Shown here: piece by piece, positions 54,053-64,000 of the stretch
Layout of the letters: each line of letters opens with the position of its first letter
How positions within the stretch are numbered: the stretch's first letter is position 1
Assembly (NCBI GenBank): GCA_013265495.1
Contig: MU060666.1
Coordinates: 2,428,128 to 2,492,127 of the forward strand
Direction: 5' to 3'
From: Vicugna vicugna
Taxonomy: Eukaryota
Length of the DNA: 64,000 nt
The notes under the pieces: model-generated
What the model was told of the DNA's origin: nothing
Database searches by the model: none
What the model saw: only the letters and a program-made list of their open reading frames with translations
Program-made: the position numbers and the translations under genes

Positions 54053-56559
54053 GCTAAACACACGCGTGGGGTACCGGGAGGCCTCTCTGCACACAGGCAA
54101 CCGAGCACCGCGAAACGCAGGGGGCAGGTGCGGGGAACACCTGCAGAAGGGCCGGGGCCCCTGCCGAGGAAGGCGGACAGGGCACTGCGCAGCCCCGGGG
54201 GCTTAGAGCAGGTGGCAGGGCGGTCAGAGCCCAGCTCTGCACACACACTTTGGGGAGCACGATGTCCTCTGAGGGGACCAGCGGTTACATCGTCAGGTGA
54301 CAAAGGGCAAGAGTTCCTTCTTAATCAAATCCCAGGTAAAATACCCACCCCGTTCTGTGCGTCTACTGGAGGTCGCTCTGAGGAGACAAAAGCCACAGGC
54401 TTGCAGGCAGTCCGGGACTGAGCGCCGGCGCCGGCAGGCCCGCGCCCAGCCAGCCCGGCACTAGCTCGCCTCCAGCGCACGCCAGGGTGGCAGGAAGAGC
54501 CCTCGGCGGTCGCACCCCAGAAGGGGGTCCCGTGAGGCCCACGGGGGTGCGCCCGTCACACAGCCGCCCTTCAGACCCCGGGACAACACAGCACACCCTC
54601 CTGGCTCCCCTTGACACTTCACAAGGTGTGTTCACACACGCAAACTGCATTTGCTTTCCTTTCAATCAACCAGCAACATTTCACCAGAAAACCAGAATCT
54701 CGTGACCAGCGAGCAGCCATGACAACCATCTCCAGGCCCCTAACAAGCCACAACGCAGGGGCCTGTTTTCCAGGAAGCCAAAGCGAAAGGACTGTATATA
54801 ATCCTCTCATTTTAATATGAAACGCTTTAAATGTGGGGTAATTATGGAAATGAGGCATCGCTGTAATTCAAGTCGTCATTAATTTAGCAAGTTTATCCCG
54901 ACATTCACGAGACGCAAAAACAGCAAATAGTGAATTACTGTATCTCCGAACCAAACGCTTTCCTTTCATTTCAGCACAGAATTTCAAACAGAGCTGTGTC
55001 TTTTCTGAAAATACCATGAACACCATTAAAATTCTACTTAATACCCTTTGACCACCTACTAACCCAATTCCTTCATCAATGACAAAGGCTTTTATAAAGT
55101 TATTATAAATTCAACACACACTACAAGAAAAACACCATCCTTCTCACAAATCGATTTTTCAAATACCATACCAATTTTCTTATATGAGGTGATAAGCCCA
55201 AAAACCTCCCCGGGAACTCGGTGCTAGTAAGTGGCACGCACTTCCATCACCACCGGGTCCACACACTGGTTCCAGATTTGCTGCACTCCTCTGAACCTCT
55301 TAAAGTACGTTTTCAACAAGACAGTCTGACTTTGGACAAATAAATGTGATACACAGCAACTAACAACTGGCGGGGAAAGCAGTAGAAAGCACTTCTTGAG
55401 AGAAAATGCCACATTTTGTATTCTGACCACAGCATCCAGATGCAACCCCACGGGGTCCCACGGGGTCTAAAGCTTCGTTCGTTCCACTGAACGGTCCTCC
55501 TTCCGACACCACCCTCCCCCTCCCCCGGCATCATTCCTCCAGCTTCCAGAGCAAACCGTCTCTTCCGTCTCTTCCATCCAGCCACCAGAGCAGAACCTCT
55601 TCCCTCAGAAGATGCTTCGGCCAAATCTCCTTCTCCCTAGTCCCGGGTCACCCTCTCCAGGTCTGATGGGTCAGGCTCGAGTGACAGCCTCCTGCGTGGC
55701 TCCATGGCCCTCCCAGCTCTGCGCCGGTCCACACACATCCCTCCTCCCTGATCACTGCTCCCCCCTTGTGTGGAATCAGCCGGCACAACCTCAGGTCCCA
55801 CCTTTTCTGGCTTCAGCTGCTGGAAACAGACCAATCTGATCCCCTCTCTCGCCCCAGGTGCAAATCCCACCGGGCACATGGGCCCCTCCCAGATCAACCA
55901 ACCAACCACCCGTGACGGAGGCATCGGGTCACATGTGGACCCTGCGGCTCCCACTGGGCCGGGGGAGGCCCACGGAGGAGGGCCGGGGAGAAAGGAACAC
56001 AGTTACTGTTTCCAGGGATGCCGGTCCTGACGAGCTCAGCAAACACCTGCTGTCTTCACCAAGTCTAGGGCGTTTTCTAATGAATTTCAAAATAAGTTCA
56101 ACTTGGTAACTTCTGAATGATGGTTAGTAACTAACTCCATGTTCTTCCAGTGACCAGTTGGAAGAGCAATGAGAAACCACGTCCTGTATGTTTTCCCAGG
56201 GCCTAAACAATTATTTATGTAGTAAAATGCTTTCGTGGTTACAATTAATTACTTTTTATCCCAGTACACTAACAGGAGCTATGATCTGTAACATCTGCCA
56301 TGCACAACACGTCTCTGAGAGGGCAGAACACGTCAGCAAGGTGAAATACATATGCTGGCAGCCAAAATGAATGACAAGAGTACATACAGGGACACTAAAT
56401 TTATGGACCCCAGCGATGACCATCAAAAGCTGCTCGGGGAGAGAAACAGAAGTGTCTGCTTCCTGCCAGAAGCGTGCACCGCTGCCTATGAGAGTTCTGG
56501 CTAAAAAAAACACCAGACTTCAGTCTGACCAAATCTCCAGGTCCAACAACAGATTTACA

Positions 56560-57115
56560 GGAACGACAGGGGAGAGGATGTTGTAAAAGGTCACAACAGA
56601 AATCCAGTCTGTAACAGCAGAGTATGATGAGGGGCAGGGCACATGACCCTGCTTCTTCAGAGAGAAAGAAAGAGAGAGAGATGGAGCCTCCAGCCTGAAA
56701 GAGACGGGAGAGACACGCCAACCAATCACGGTGTCTGGACCTGATTTAGTTCCTGATTCAGACAGACACACTGTAAGAACAGAAAGGGGAAAAAAACCCA
56801 TGGAATGGGAAGGGAATTCCAAATACTGATTGGAAGTTTGATGACAGTAAGAAACTGTTATTAAGTTTTTGGTGTGATAATGAGATTGTGGTTAGGTTTT
56901 AAAAAAGGAATCTTTATCTGTTATTGAGATATTTACAGCCAGAGGGATATGACATTTTGGACTGGCTTCCAAACAACATGGGTGGGGGACAGGCGAGTAG
57001 GGACCAGGATAAGACGAGCAAGGCCACAACACGGCAGTCGGCAGTCGCAGAGGCTGGGTGACAGGAACGTGGATTCACTACTCTGTTTTCATGTTTGAAA
57101 CTTTCTGCAGTAAAA
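56560..57115 (+). mobile_element. L1MC4/5-class 3' end
   Basis: ttttggtgtgataatgagattgtggttaggttttaaaaaag...gaggctgggtgacaggaacgtggattcactactctg...atgtttgaaactttctgcagtaaaa. Confidence 0.7.
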
Positions 57116-59774
57116 GGAGCCATGCTCAGCTCAGAAAACTTGGAACTCACAGGAGAGTCAAGAGCAAAAAAGCGTCCCATAAAGCTCACTGCTCACAGAA
57201 GCTACCACACCAAGAAGTCCGCCCTCACGGCAACTGTTCACGTCTCTCATCCTTGTTCTATAGAAGAATTAGGAAAGGAGGCTGGGACAAAAGAGGGAAG
57301 AGCAAGTGCACGGCGGGGCACGGGTCTTTGCCTCTCACTAGCACACCGCATCTAACCGAAACTCCAGACCCGCTGGGACAAAGGGCCACAGTCACACACC
57401 CACGTGCCCCCAGAAAGTGGTCACACGCCCCGGGCACCTGACTGTCTGCCTTGGAAACCGGCTGACTGGGGACACTGCTGCTCCTCGCACCATGGAAGCT
57501 GCGTATTCACTTAGTCACTGATTTTTCACTCAACAGACACAAGCTCGCTGTGTGCACACTGCCAGTCAGCTCCTGCACGGTGTTAATGGTAACGCGGGTC
57601 AGGATACAACTGACGATTAAAAAACTAATGGAATTAATTTCAGTTTTAGAAAAACACGTGTTTAGGCATAAATGTGGGTAAATTCTGGTATTCTTCTTCA
57701 GCGTGTGTATCTTTGAGGGGACAGGAAAGGGAGGAATGGTGGGGGGTGTCAGGGACACAGAGGACAGGCAGAGTCACCCAGCGGGAAAAGGCATGACACC
57801 ACAACACAAAGAAGAGCAACTGCAGCCACAAAATGCAGGCATTTTCAGTCTACAAGACTCCAACATGGCAAGAACGTTAAACTTATGGTGAAGAAATTCA
57901 CAACTTCAAATACTCCTGGCAAAACCGTGTACCAAAGCCTGGGAGGACACAATTAATCCTGCCATTCTTTAAAAGTCAGCACTGAATTTCCCATTTCGAG
58001 GCGACAGAAACGTGGACATCCAACTTCCTTTCCCGGGATGCGTGAAACATTTCTTGAGTACTTGCAAAGTGATGGGCCCCAGTGCTTTGACCTGAATCTA
58101 AAAAGAAGCTCACAGCAGCCTGCCCTATGGATGTGACTATCTCAGTTACGTTTTCTGAAATAATAAAGAAGATGAAGCCACCCAGACTGCTGAACGTGTC
58201 TGTCCGCAGGCTCTGACGGTCTCGGAAGCAAACTGCCCTCTTCCAGGAAGGCATGGACGTCCACGTGGTGCTCTTCCACCAGCACGCTGGTTCTATGCCT
58301 GTGAATTCTACATGATGGCCTGCGTGGCTCTGGCTCAGAGCATCACTGAATCCCAGCACAGCCAGACGGGCACCGCGGGCAGAGCACCAGCCAGAGGGCG
58401 TGGGACGTCTGGGCTGTGGGACACAAGCCTGCTGGCAAGGAAGGCACCGCCACGAACGCCAATCACGTTTCACAAACAATGGACTCGGCGCAGGCCTATT
58501 CTGCACGTGGTCTGAGGACTTCCTGGGCTGCAATTTCTTCCCCTGGAGTTAAAGAAAATACTAGTGCCTTGAAGATTCAGGGAGCCAGGCCTCCTCAGAC
58601 GCGCACCCACTCAACAGCCAGGGGAGGAGCTCTGGAAGCCAGGCTGCTGCTTGGAAGAACTTAAAGAGCCTGAGCTCTGAAGGGATGCACCAGCAGAAGC
58701 AGGCCTCTCAGAGCCACAGGGCAGGGCGGGGAAGGCACTGTTTGCTGTCACTTTCCCACGAGGGGCGTGACTGGCCCCAGAAGGCATTTAATGGCCCAGA
58801 ACGGAGAGTGTGTGGTTAAGAAAAGACCAAACAGAGTAATAGCAACCATGGGATAAAACACATCTTATTCAGGAGGACCTGATTTTATCAAAACACATAC
58901 CTCCCATACTGGGGAAATGAAGTCTGAGTACACTCCCTTTCACGCCCTACGTGCCAGGGAGTCACTGAAAATTTTTCAATACAATACTTATGACCAAACA
59001 TGCCCAGGCCTAGAAAGCAAATAAGTTTACAGAAGCAGGCTTTGGGCCCCGGGAATCACCCCAGCAAAAAATCCCTGGACTCGGGGTGCTTACAAAAGTG
59101 AGAGTCATTAGACAGTCAGTCAGAGACAAGTTGGAAACCCCAAGCACGCTGGAGAAATATAAACACTAACGAGGAGTTAAAAGCAAGTACCTCACAGAAA
59201 AAGAAAGTGCCTGAAGACAGCAGAGTAGTGAAACAGGCTTTCTCCTGAACGACGGGTCTTGAGAAAGCGAGGACCTCCTGGGGCAGAGCGGCGGGGGGAG
59301 CCGGTGCCCCGGGAACCGGAAGAGGTGAGGAACACGAGGATGTTGCTAAAGCACTGGGGGCACCAGCGGCTGTCCCCACCGCCAAGTGAGTGCGTCGGGT
59401 CCCCTTCTCCTAGTCCTGCCTCCCCTTCTGTCCCGTCCAGGAACCCCAACTGTGCTCTGAATGCCCCCAGTGCTGGGCACCCCTGACCTGTGTCCTCAGG
59501 AACACTGACAAGAGTGCATTTCCTGTCCTGATCCCAGCCCACTCTGCCACCTCACCCCTCTAGGGCCAAGTCGCTGCCCCTTCAGATCTGGTCCCCACTG
59601 CAGAGGACTGGGCCTTCGGGGCGGGGGCTGCAGCTGCTCCCCCTGGGACCCCCGCACCTCCCAGAGCTACAATGCTTGATGCAACCCTTCTCAGGATGCG
59701 TTTGCGGGCGAGCCGGGGTCCAGAACAGGCGGGGAAGAGGGTAGGGAGACCCTGGGGTCCAGATCGGGGTGGGG

Positions 59775-60098
59775 GCAAGGGTGACCCTCAGGGTCCAGGC
59801 CAAGAGGGGTCAGGGACGACCCTCAAAGCCCAAAGCCCAGTCAGGGCAAGGGTCAAGAACGACACCGTGTCCTGATCCGGCGGGGATGGGGGACCCCAAG
59901 CTTTGGTCGGGAGAGGAGCAAGGGCGACCCCCGGGGCCCAGGCCGGGCAAGGGCCGGACCCGGCGGTAATCTGGGCTGCCCCCAACCCCTGCCCACGGCG
60001 GGCGGGGGCTCAGGCGTGAACTCCGTGTCCAAGTTGTGCGGGGATGGGGGCCAACCCCAAGGTGGGGGGAGGGGCAAGGGCGACCCTCGGGGCCCAGA
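59775..60098. repeat. Degenerate three-copy ~150-bp-period repeat with core GCAAGGG(C/T)GACCC(T/C)C(A/G)GGG(T/C)CCAG
   Basis: Cores at 59775-59799, 59918-59942 and 60074-60098; copies 2 and 3 share a longer upstream block. Confidence 0.65.
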
Positions 60099-60197
60099 TC
60101 TCAGGCCTCCCGGGGGCCGGGGCGGAGGGCTGCGGTCGACCTCGGGCCCAGGCCCCGCGGGGTCGAGGTGGCCCGGGGCCCCGGCCGGGCGGGGGCC

Positions 60198-60466
60198 NNN
60201 NNNNNNNNNNNNNNNNNNNNNNNNNNNNNNNNNNNNNNNNNNNNNNNNNNNNNNNNNNNNNNNNNNNNNNNNNNNNNNNNNNNNNNNNNNNNNNNNNNNN
60301 NNNNNNNNNNNNNNNNNNNNNNNNNNNNNNNNNNNNNNNNNNNNNNNNNNNNNNNNNNNNNNNNNNNNNNNNNNNNNNNNNNNNNNNNNNNNNNNNNNNN
60401 NNNNNNNNNNNNNNNNNNNNNNNNNNNNNNNNNNNNNNNNNNNNNNNNNNNNNNNNNNNNNNNNNN
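60198..60466. other. Assembly gap (269 N)
   Basis: Run of n. Confidence 1.
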
Positions 60467-60521
60467 CTCCGGCTCACCGAGGCGGCCGCCGCGCCCACCA
60501 GGGCCTCGCCGGCCGCGCCCG
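60467..60521 (-). CDS. FOXK1: Visible fragment of FOXK1 exon 1, between two assembly gaps
   Basis: Translates GAAGEALVGAAAASVSR, resembling human GAAPALVAAAAASVRQ just upstream of the FHA domain. The 269-nt gap on its 3' side is about the size needed for the remaining ~86 exon-1 codons plus the donor. Confidence 0.75.
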
Positions 60522-60960
60522 NNNNNNNNNNNNNNNNNNNNNNNNNNNNNNNNNNNNNNNNNNNNNNNNNNNNNNNNNNNNNNNNNNNNNNNNNNNNNNN
60601 NNNNNNNNNNNNNNNNNNNNNNNNNNNNNNNNNNNNNNNNNNNNNNNNNNNNNNNNNNNNNNNNNNNNNNNNNNNNNNNNNNNNNNNNNNNNNNNNNNNN
60701 NNNNNNNNNNNNNNNNNNNNNNNNNNNNNNNNNNNNNNNNNNNNNNNNNNNNNNNNNNNNNNNNNNNNNNNNNNNNNNNNNNNNNNNNNNNNNNNNNNNN
60801 NNNNNNNNNNNNNNNNNNNNNNNNNNNNNNNNNNNNNNNNNNNNNNNNNNNNNNNNNNNNNNNNNNNNNNNNNNNNNNNNNNNNNNNNNNNNNNNNNNNN
60901 NNNNNNNNNNNNNNNNNNNNNNNNNNNNNNNNNNNNNNNNNNNNNNNNNNNNNNNNNNNN
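60522..60960. other. Assembly gap (439 N)
   Basis: Run of n. Confidence 1.
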
Positions 60961-61829
60961 GGCCCGCCCCGCGCGCCCGCCCCCGGGCTGGCCCCTCGCC
61001 CGCTGCCCCCGGCCCGGGGCCGCCCCTGCCTGGGACCTGCGGGGGACGGGGGAGGGGGAGCCCCAAGGTGTCAAGCTGGGAACTTTGATTCTGGGCCACT
61101 CCCCGCAGAGAGGGAGGGACAGCTCACCTCAGCAGTCCCCTGGGCCCTCAAGGGCGGTCATACTTAAGCACCAAAACTGAGGCTTTTCATGCTGTAACTG
61201 AAGTTTGCCTAAGGAGGCTGGCGGTCTGTGATGCCCTGTGTTCCTTGTTTGGAGTTACCCATTCGGTCAACAAATAGACGAATACCCCGGGACCCACGCT
61301 AGGCCTGCCCGGTAAACCCCTCGCAGTCTACTCCGGGAGGCGGGTGCCTGCTGAGGGGGTCTTCTGTGGAAATCCGGACTTGGTTGATTTAGGCACGGTC
61401 CAGATCCTGCAGTACTTCGTGCCTTCCTAATTCGGCCAGGTCCCCCTAAAAAGGGTGGCAGTGCCTCCTCATTTCCATCATTTAATAATTATTGATGTGA
61501 GAAACCAGACCCTCCCCGGCAGAGCTTGCGGTGGGAGAGCTAGTGGGAGAGGCAGATGTGAATCAAGTGCGCACTCGGCTGATAGAACACGACAGCTGTC
61601 TCCAGTCCCGGGAGGCTGTGCGGCCATACGCGGGCGGGTGGGGAGGTGCGCCTGCCTAGGGTGGGAAGCATGTCTGCTCACCCGCTGTCCAGCCTGGGGC
61701 TGCAACAGGTATTACCCCAACCATTGCATGACTGAATATATAGGTACAAACAGAGATCAGGGCTCGGGGAGCAAGTAGCACATTTTTACAAGAAGCTATA
61801 ACAAGAAAACCTACCTGATGGTGGAGGAA

Positions 61830-62230
61830 GACAATGAAAACAGGAACAGGGATCTCCTCCCTGAGAAATGACACTTGAACTGAAGTCCAGGGGTGATGGG
61901 GGAGAGGGGGATGGGGGGAAAGCATTCCAGCCAAGGAGCAGCACATACTAAGGAAGGGTGCACGGTGCCTTCCAGAGACTGACAGGGGCGCGTAAGTGGA
62001 AAAGAGAGCGTGACCACATCGCCACATCGGCTGAGCCACTTTAGTGACACAAGGACTTCCGTCTGATCTCAAAGGCAATGGAAACCACTGAGGGGTTTTA
62101 AGCAGAAAGACAACATGCAGTGGCCACATATGTGACGTGGAATCACTGGCTGTCGTGTGGAGCCTGAACTGGGAAGGGGTCAGCATGACTGTGGGAGGCC
62201 AACTGGGAAACCGGGAGACCAAGCAAGAGG
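61830..62230 (-). mobile_element. L2 (LINE-2) fragment
   Basis: ctgagaaatgacacttgaactgaagtccagg...aaagcattccagccaaggagcagcac...ggcaatggaaaccactgaggggttttaagcagaa...atcactggctgtcgtgtggag matches reverse L2. Confidence 0.75.
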
Positions 62231-62309
62231 CTGAAGGAAGGAGAGAGAGGGAGGGAGAGAAGTTCAGGGATTCAGCCACGTTCAGCCACGTTCATCTCAG
62301 ACAGAGATG

Positions 62310-62896
62310 TTCACAGACACGCTGGTGGTGGGAGTGTAAAATGATGCAGCAGCTATGGAAAATAGCCTTGTGGAAAACATATGATTACAACTCCACTGCT
62401 ACGTATAAACCCCAGAGAATTGAAAGCAAGGTCTTGAAAAGATATTTATATGTTCAGAGTAGCATTATTCACAATGTCCAAAAGATGGAAGCAAGCCAGA
62501 GGTCCATCAACATGTCCAATGGGACGTTATACAGCCTTGAAAAGAAAGGAAATTCTGATGCATGAGACAATATGGATGAACCCTGAGGACATTACACTCA
62601 GTGAAGTCGACCAGTCACAAAAAGAGAAGTACTGTAATGATTTAGCTCATATGAGGTCCCTAGAGGAGTCAAGTTCATAAACACAGAAAGTAGGATGGTT
62701 TCTTCTCTGGGGGCAGGGTATGAACAGGGAGTTGGTGTTTAATGGAAACAGAGCTTCAGTTTTGCAAGACGAAAGGTGTCAGAGATGACTGGTGGTGAGG
62801 GCTACGCCATAAAGTGAATGTACTTGATGCTACTGAAATGTACACTTAAAACAGCTAAGATGGTGAATTTATGTGACATGTATTTTACCACAATTA
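62310..62896 (+). mobile_element. L1MB-class LINE-1 3' end, AT-rich and close to consensus
   Basis: tgctggtggtgggagtgtaaaatg-like start...agtagcattattcacaat...atatggatgaaccctgaggacattacactcagtgaa...tgtttaatggaaacagagcttcagttttgcaaga...tgtacacttaaaa...tattttaccacaatt. Confidence 0.85.
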
Positions 62897-63282
62897 TTTT
62901 CTTTTAAAGAGACAGATTTACGTACAACCTCCAAAGTTCTTTCCTCTGGCTCCTCTGAAGTGATGTCGCACTTTTTCATGACAGGTCTTTTTGATAATAA
63001 GTGGGACATCCATGCTTCCAAGCCCCGGGGGCCAAACCACAGTGAATGTAAGGACTTCCGCACAGACTCACAGGCCTGGACAATTCTTCACCTGAGGAGC
63101 AAGAACCCGTAGCACAGTGGCAGGAGCTCACGGGGCTGAGTCACGATGACCCTGCAATTCTAGACACCGGCTTCACCTTGCAATTCCTTTCTCCTTAAGC
63201 AGCGAGCCTTTGGATATACCAACAGCTTCAACAGACAGGGCCAGAAAGAGGGCAATGAAAGGCCATTAAAGAATCAGAGTCT

Positions 63283-63374
63283 GGGGGGAAGGGATACTCA
63301 GGCGTAGAGCGCATGTTTAGCACGCACGAGGTCCTGGGGTCCATCCCCAGTACCTCCATTAAAAAAAAAAAAAA
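63283..63374 (+). mobile_element. Camelid Vic-1-type SINE with poly(A) and TSD
   Basis: GGGGGGAAGGGATACTCAGGCGTAGAGCGCATGTTTAGCACGCACGAGGTCCTGGGGTCCATCCCCAGTACCTCCATT(A)n. TSD aaagaatcaga (63268-63278) / aaagaaccaga (63372-63382). Confidence 0.9.
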
Positions 63375-63544
63375 GAACCAGAATCGGAGGAAGTGCATTC
63401 TTCTCTCACTCTCTCTGGGTCTAGAGGGCATGCTAAAGGTGTCTCATGATCCATTCACTCAAAAAAGGGAAAATAAATAGCTTGCAATGGAGAACCCAGT
63501 CAACCGTTTGGAGCCTGTGACACCCAGGCTCACAGAATTCAAGG

Positions 63545-64000
63545 CGGTGCTGCCACTTTGGAGAACAGCTGGGCAGTTTTCTTATACAGTTCAACTAACT
63601 TACCGTGTGACCTGCCGTCAGTCCCATTACTAAGTGTTTTTTCAAGTGAAATGAAAACTTGTGTGGACACAAAAACCTGTGCAGGGCTGTTTACAGGGTC
63701 TTTGTTCATAAACACCCTGAACCGAACAACCCAACAACCCCAATGCACCTCACCTGGGGAGTGGGCAGCAAATCTTGGCACAACTATGTGATGGAATGCT
63801 ATGTAGCAATTAAAAAGGAGCAAAGTATGCACATCCAGAACAGCACAAAAGATCCCAAATGCACTGTGTATGCTTTCATTTATAGGGACATTCTGCAAAA
63901 AGTAGAACTAGAGAGACAGAAACAGGTAAGTGGCTCCAGGGGCTGGAGCGCTGGGGAGAGGCTGACCACAGCACAACACGGGGAGGTCTCAGGGGAGGAG
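63545..64000 (+). mobile_element. L1MB/L1MC-class 3' region, runs off the window
   Basis: gccactttggagaacagctgggcagttttctt...gtgaaatgaaaacttgtgtggacacaaaaacctg...gatggaatgctatgtagcaattaaaaagga...cagaaacaggtaagtggctccaggggctgg. Confidence 0.75.

Larger units (their letters stand above)
59560..61140. promoter_or_regulatory. CpG island / FOXK1 promoter and exon 1 region
   Basis: Very high GC and CpG density on both sides of the gaps. GC boxes (CCCGCCCC) at ~60963-60984, immediately upstream of the inferred first exon. Confidence 0.85.

Noticed and set aside
55447-55468. Short tandem duplications (cccacggggt x2 here; cagcaggac repeats at ~156-180; degenerate gacac repeat at ~14720-14780)
   Set aside because: Too short and too common to imply function.
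60010-61180. Five long ORFs of 330-380 aa
   Set aside because: Artefacts of translating through N-runs; only the 55-nt island is informative.

Overview
Mammalian genomic DNA, GC- and CpG-rich and dense in repeats. It is most likely a camelid, because it carries three Vic-1-type tRNA-derived SINEs. Almost the whole window is one gene, FOXK1 (forkhead box K1/MNF), on the minus strand. Exons 2-9 were resolved by hand with GT-AG boundaries: 21247-21432, 10806-10962, 10251-10397, 9515-9708, 7845-8011, 7441-7725, 6451-6675 and 5582-5862. Together they give 1642 coding nt in one continuous frame ending at TGA 5584-5582. Exon 1 (N-terminus and FHA domain) lies almost entirely in two N-gaps within the promoter CpG island; only 55 nt (60467-60521) are visible. 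Positions 1-5581 are 3' UTR that appears to run off the window. The rest is intron or upstream DNA with SINE, MIR, L1, HAL1, L2, LTR and Charlie relics. I see no new multi-gene system, CRISPR array or RNA gene, and nearly all listed ORFs are chance ORFs in GC-rich DNA. The most interesting signals are regulatory or evolutionary: strong AT-to-GC remodelling of intronic L1 fossils, a miR-15/16 seed cluster, forkhead, Sox-Oct and E-box motif clusters, candidate internal promoters or alternative exons, a textbook antisense exon, and a degenerate ~150-bp repeat at the CpG island edge. Repeat subfamily names and human comparisons come from my recall of consensus sequences and need database confirmation.
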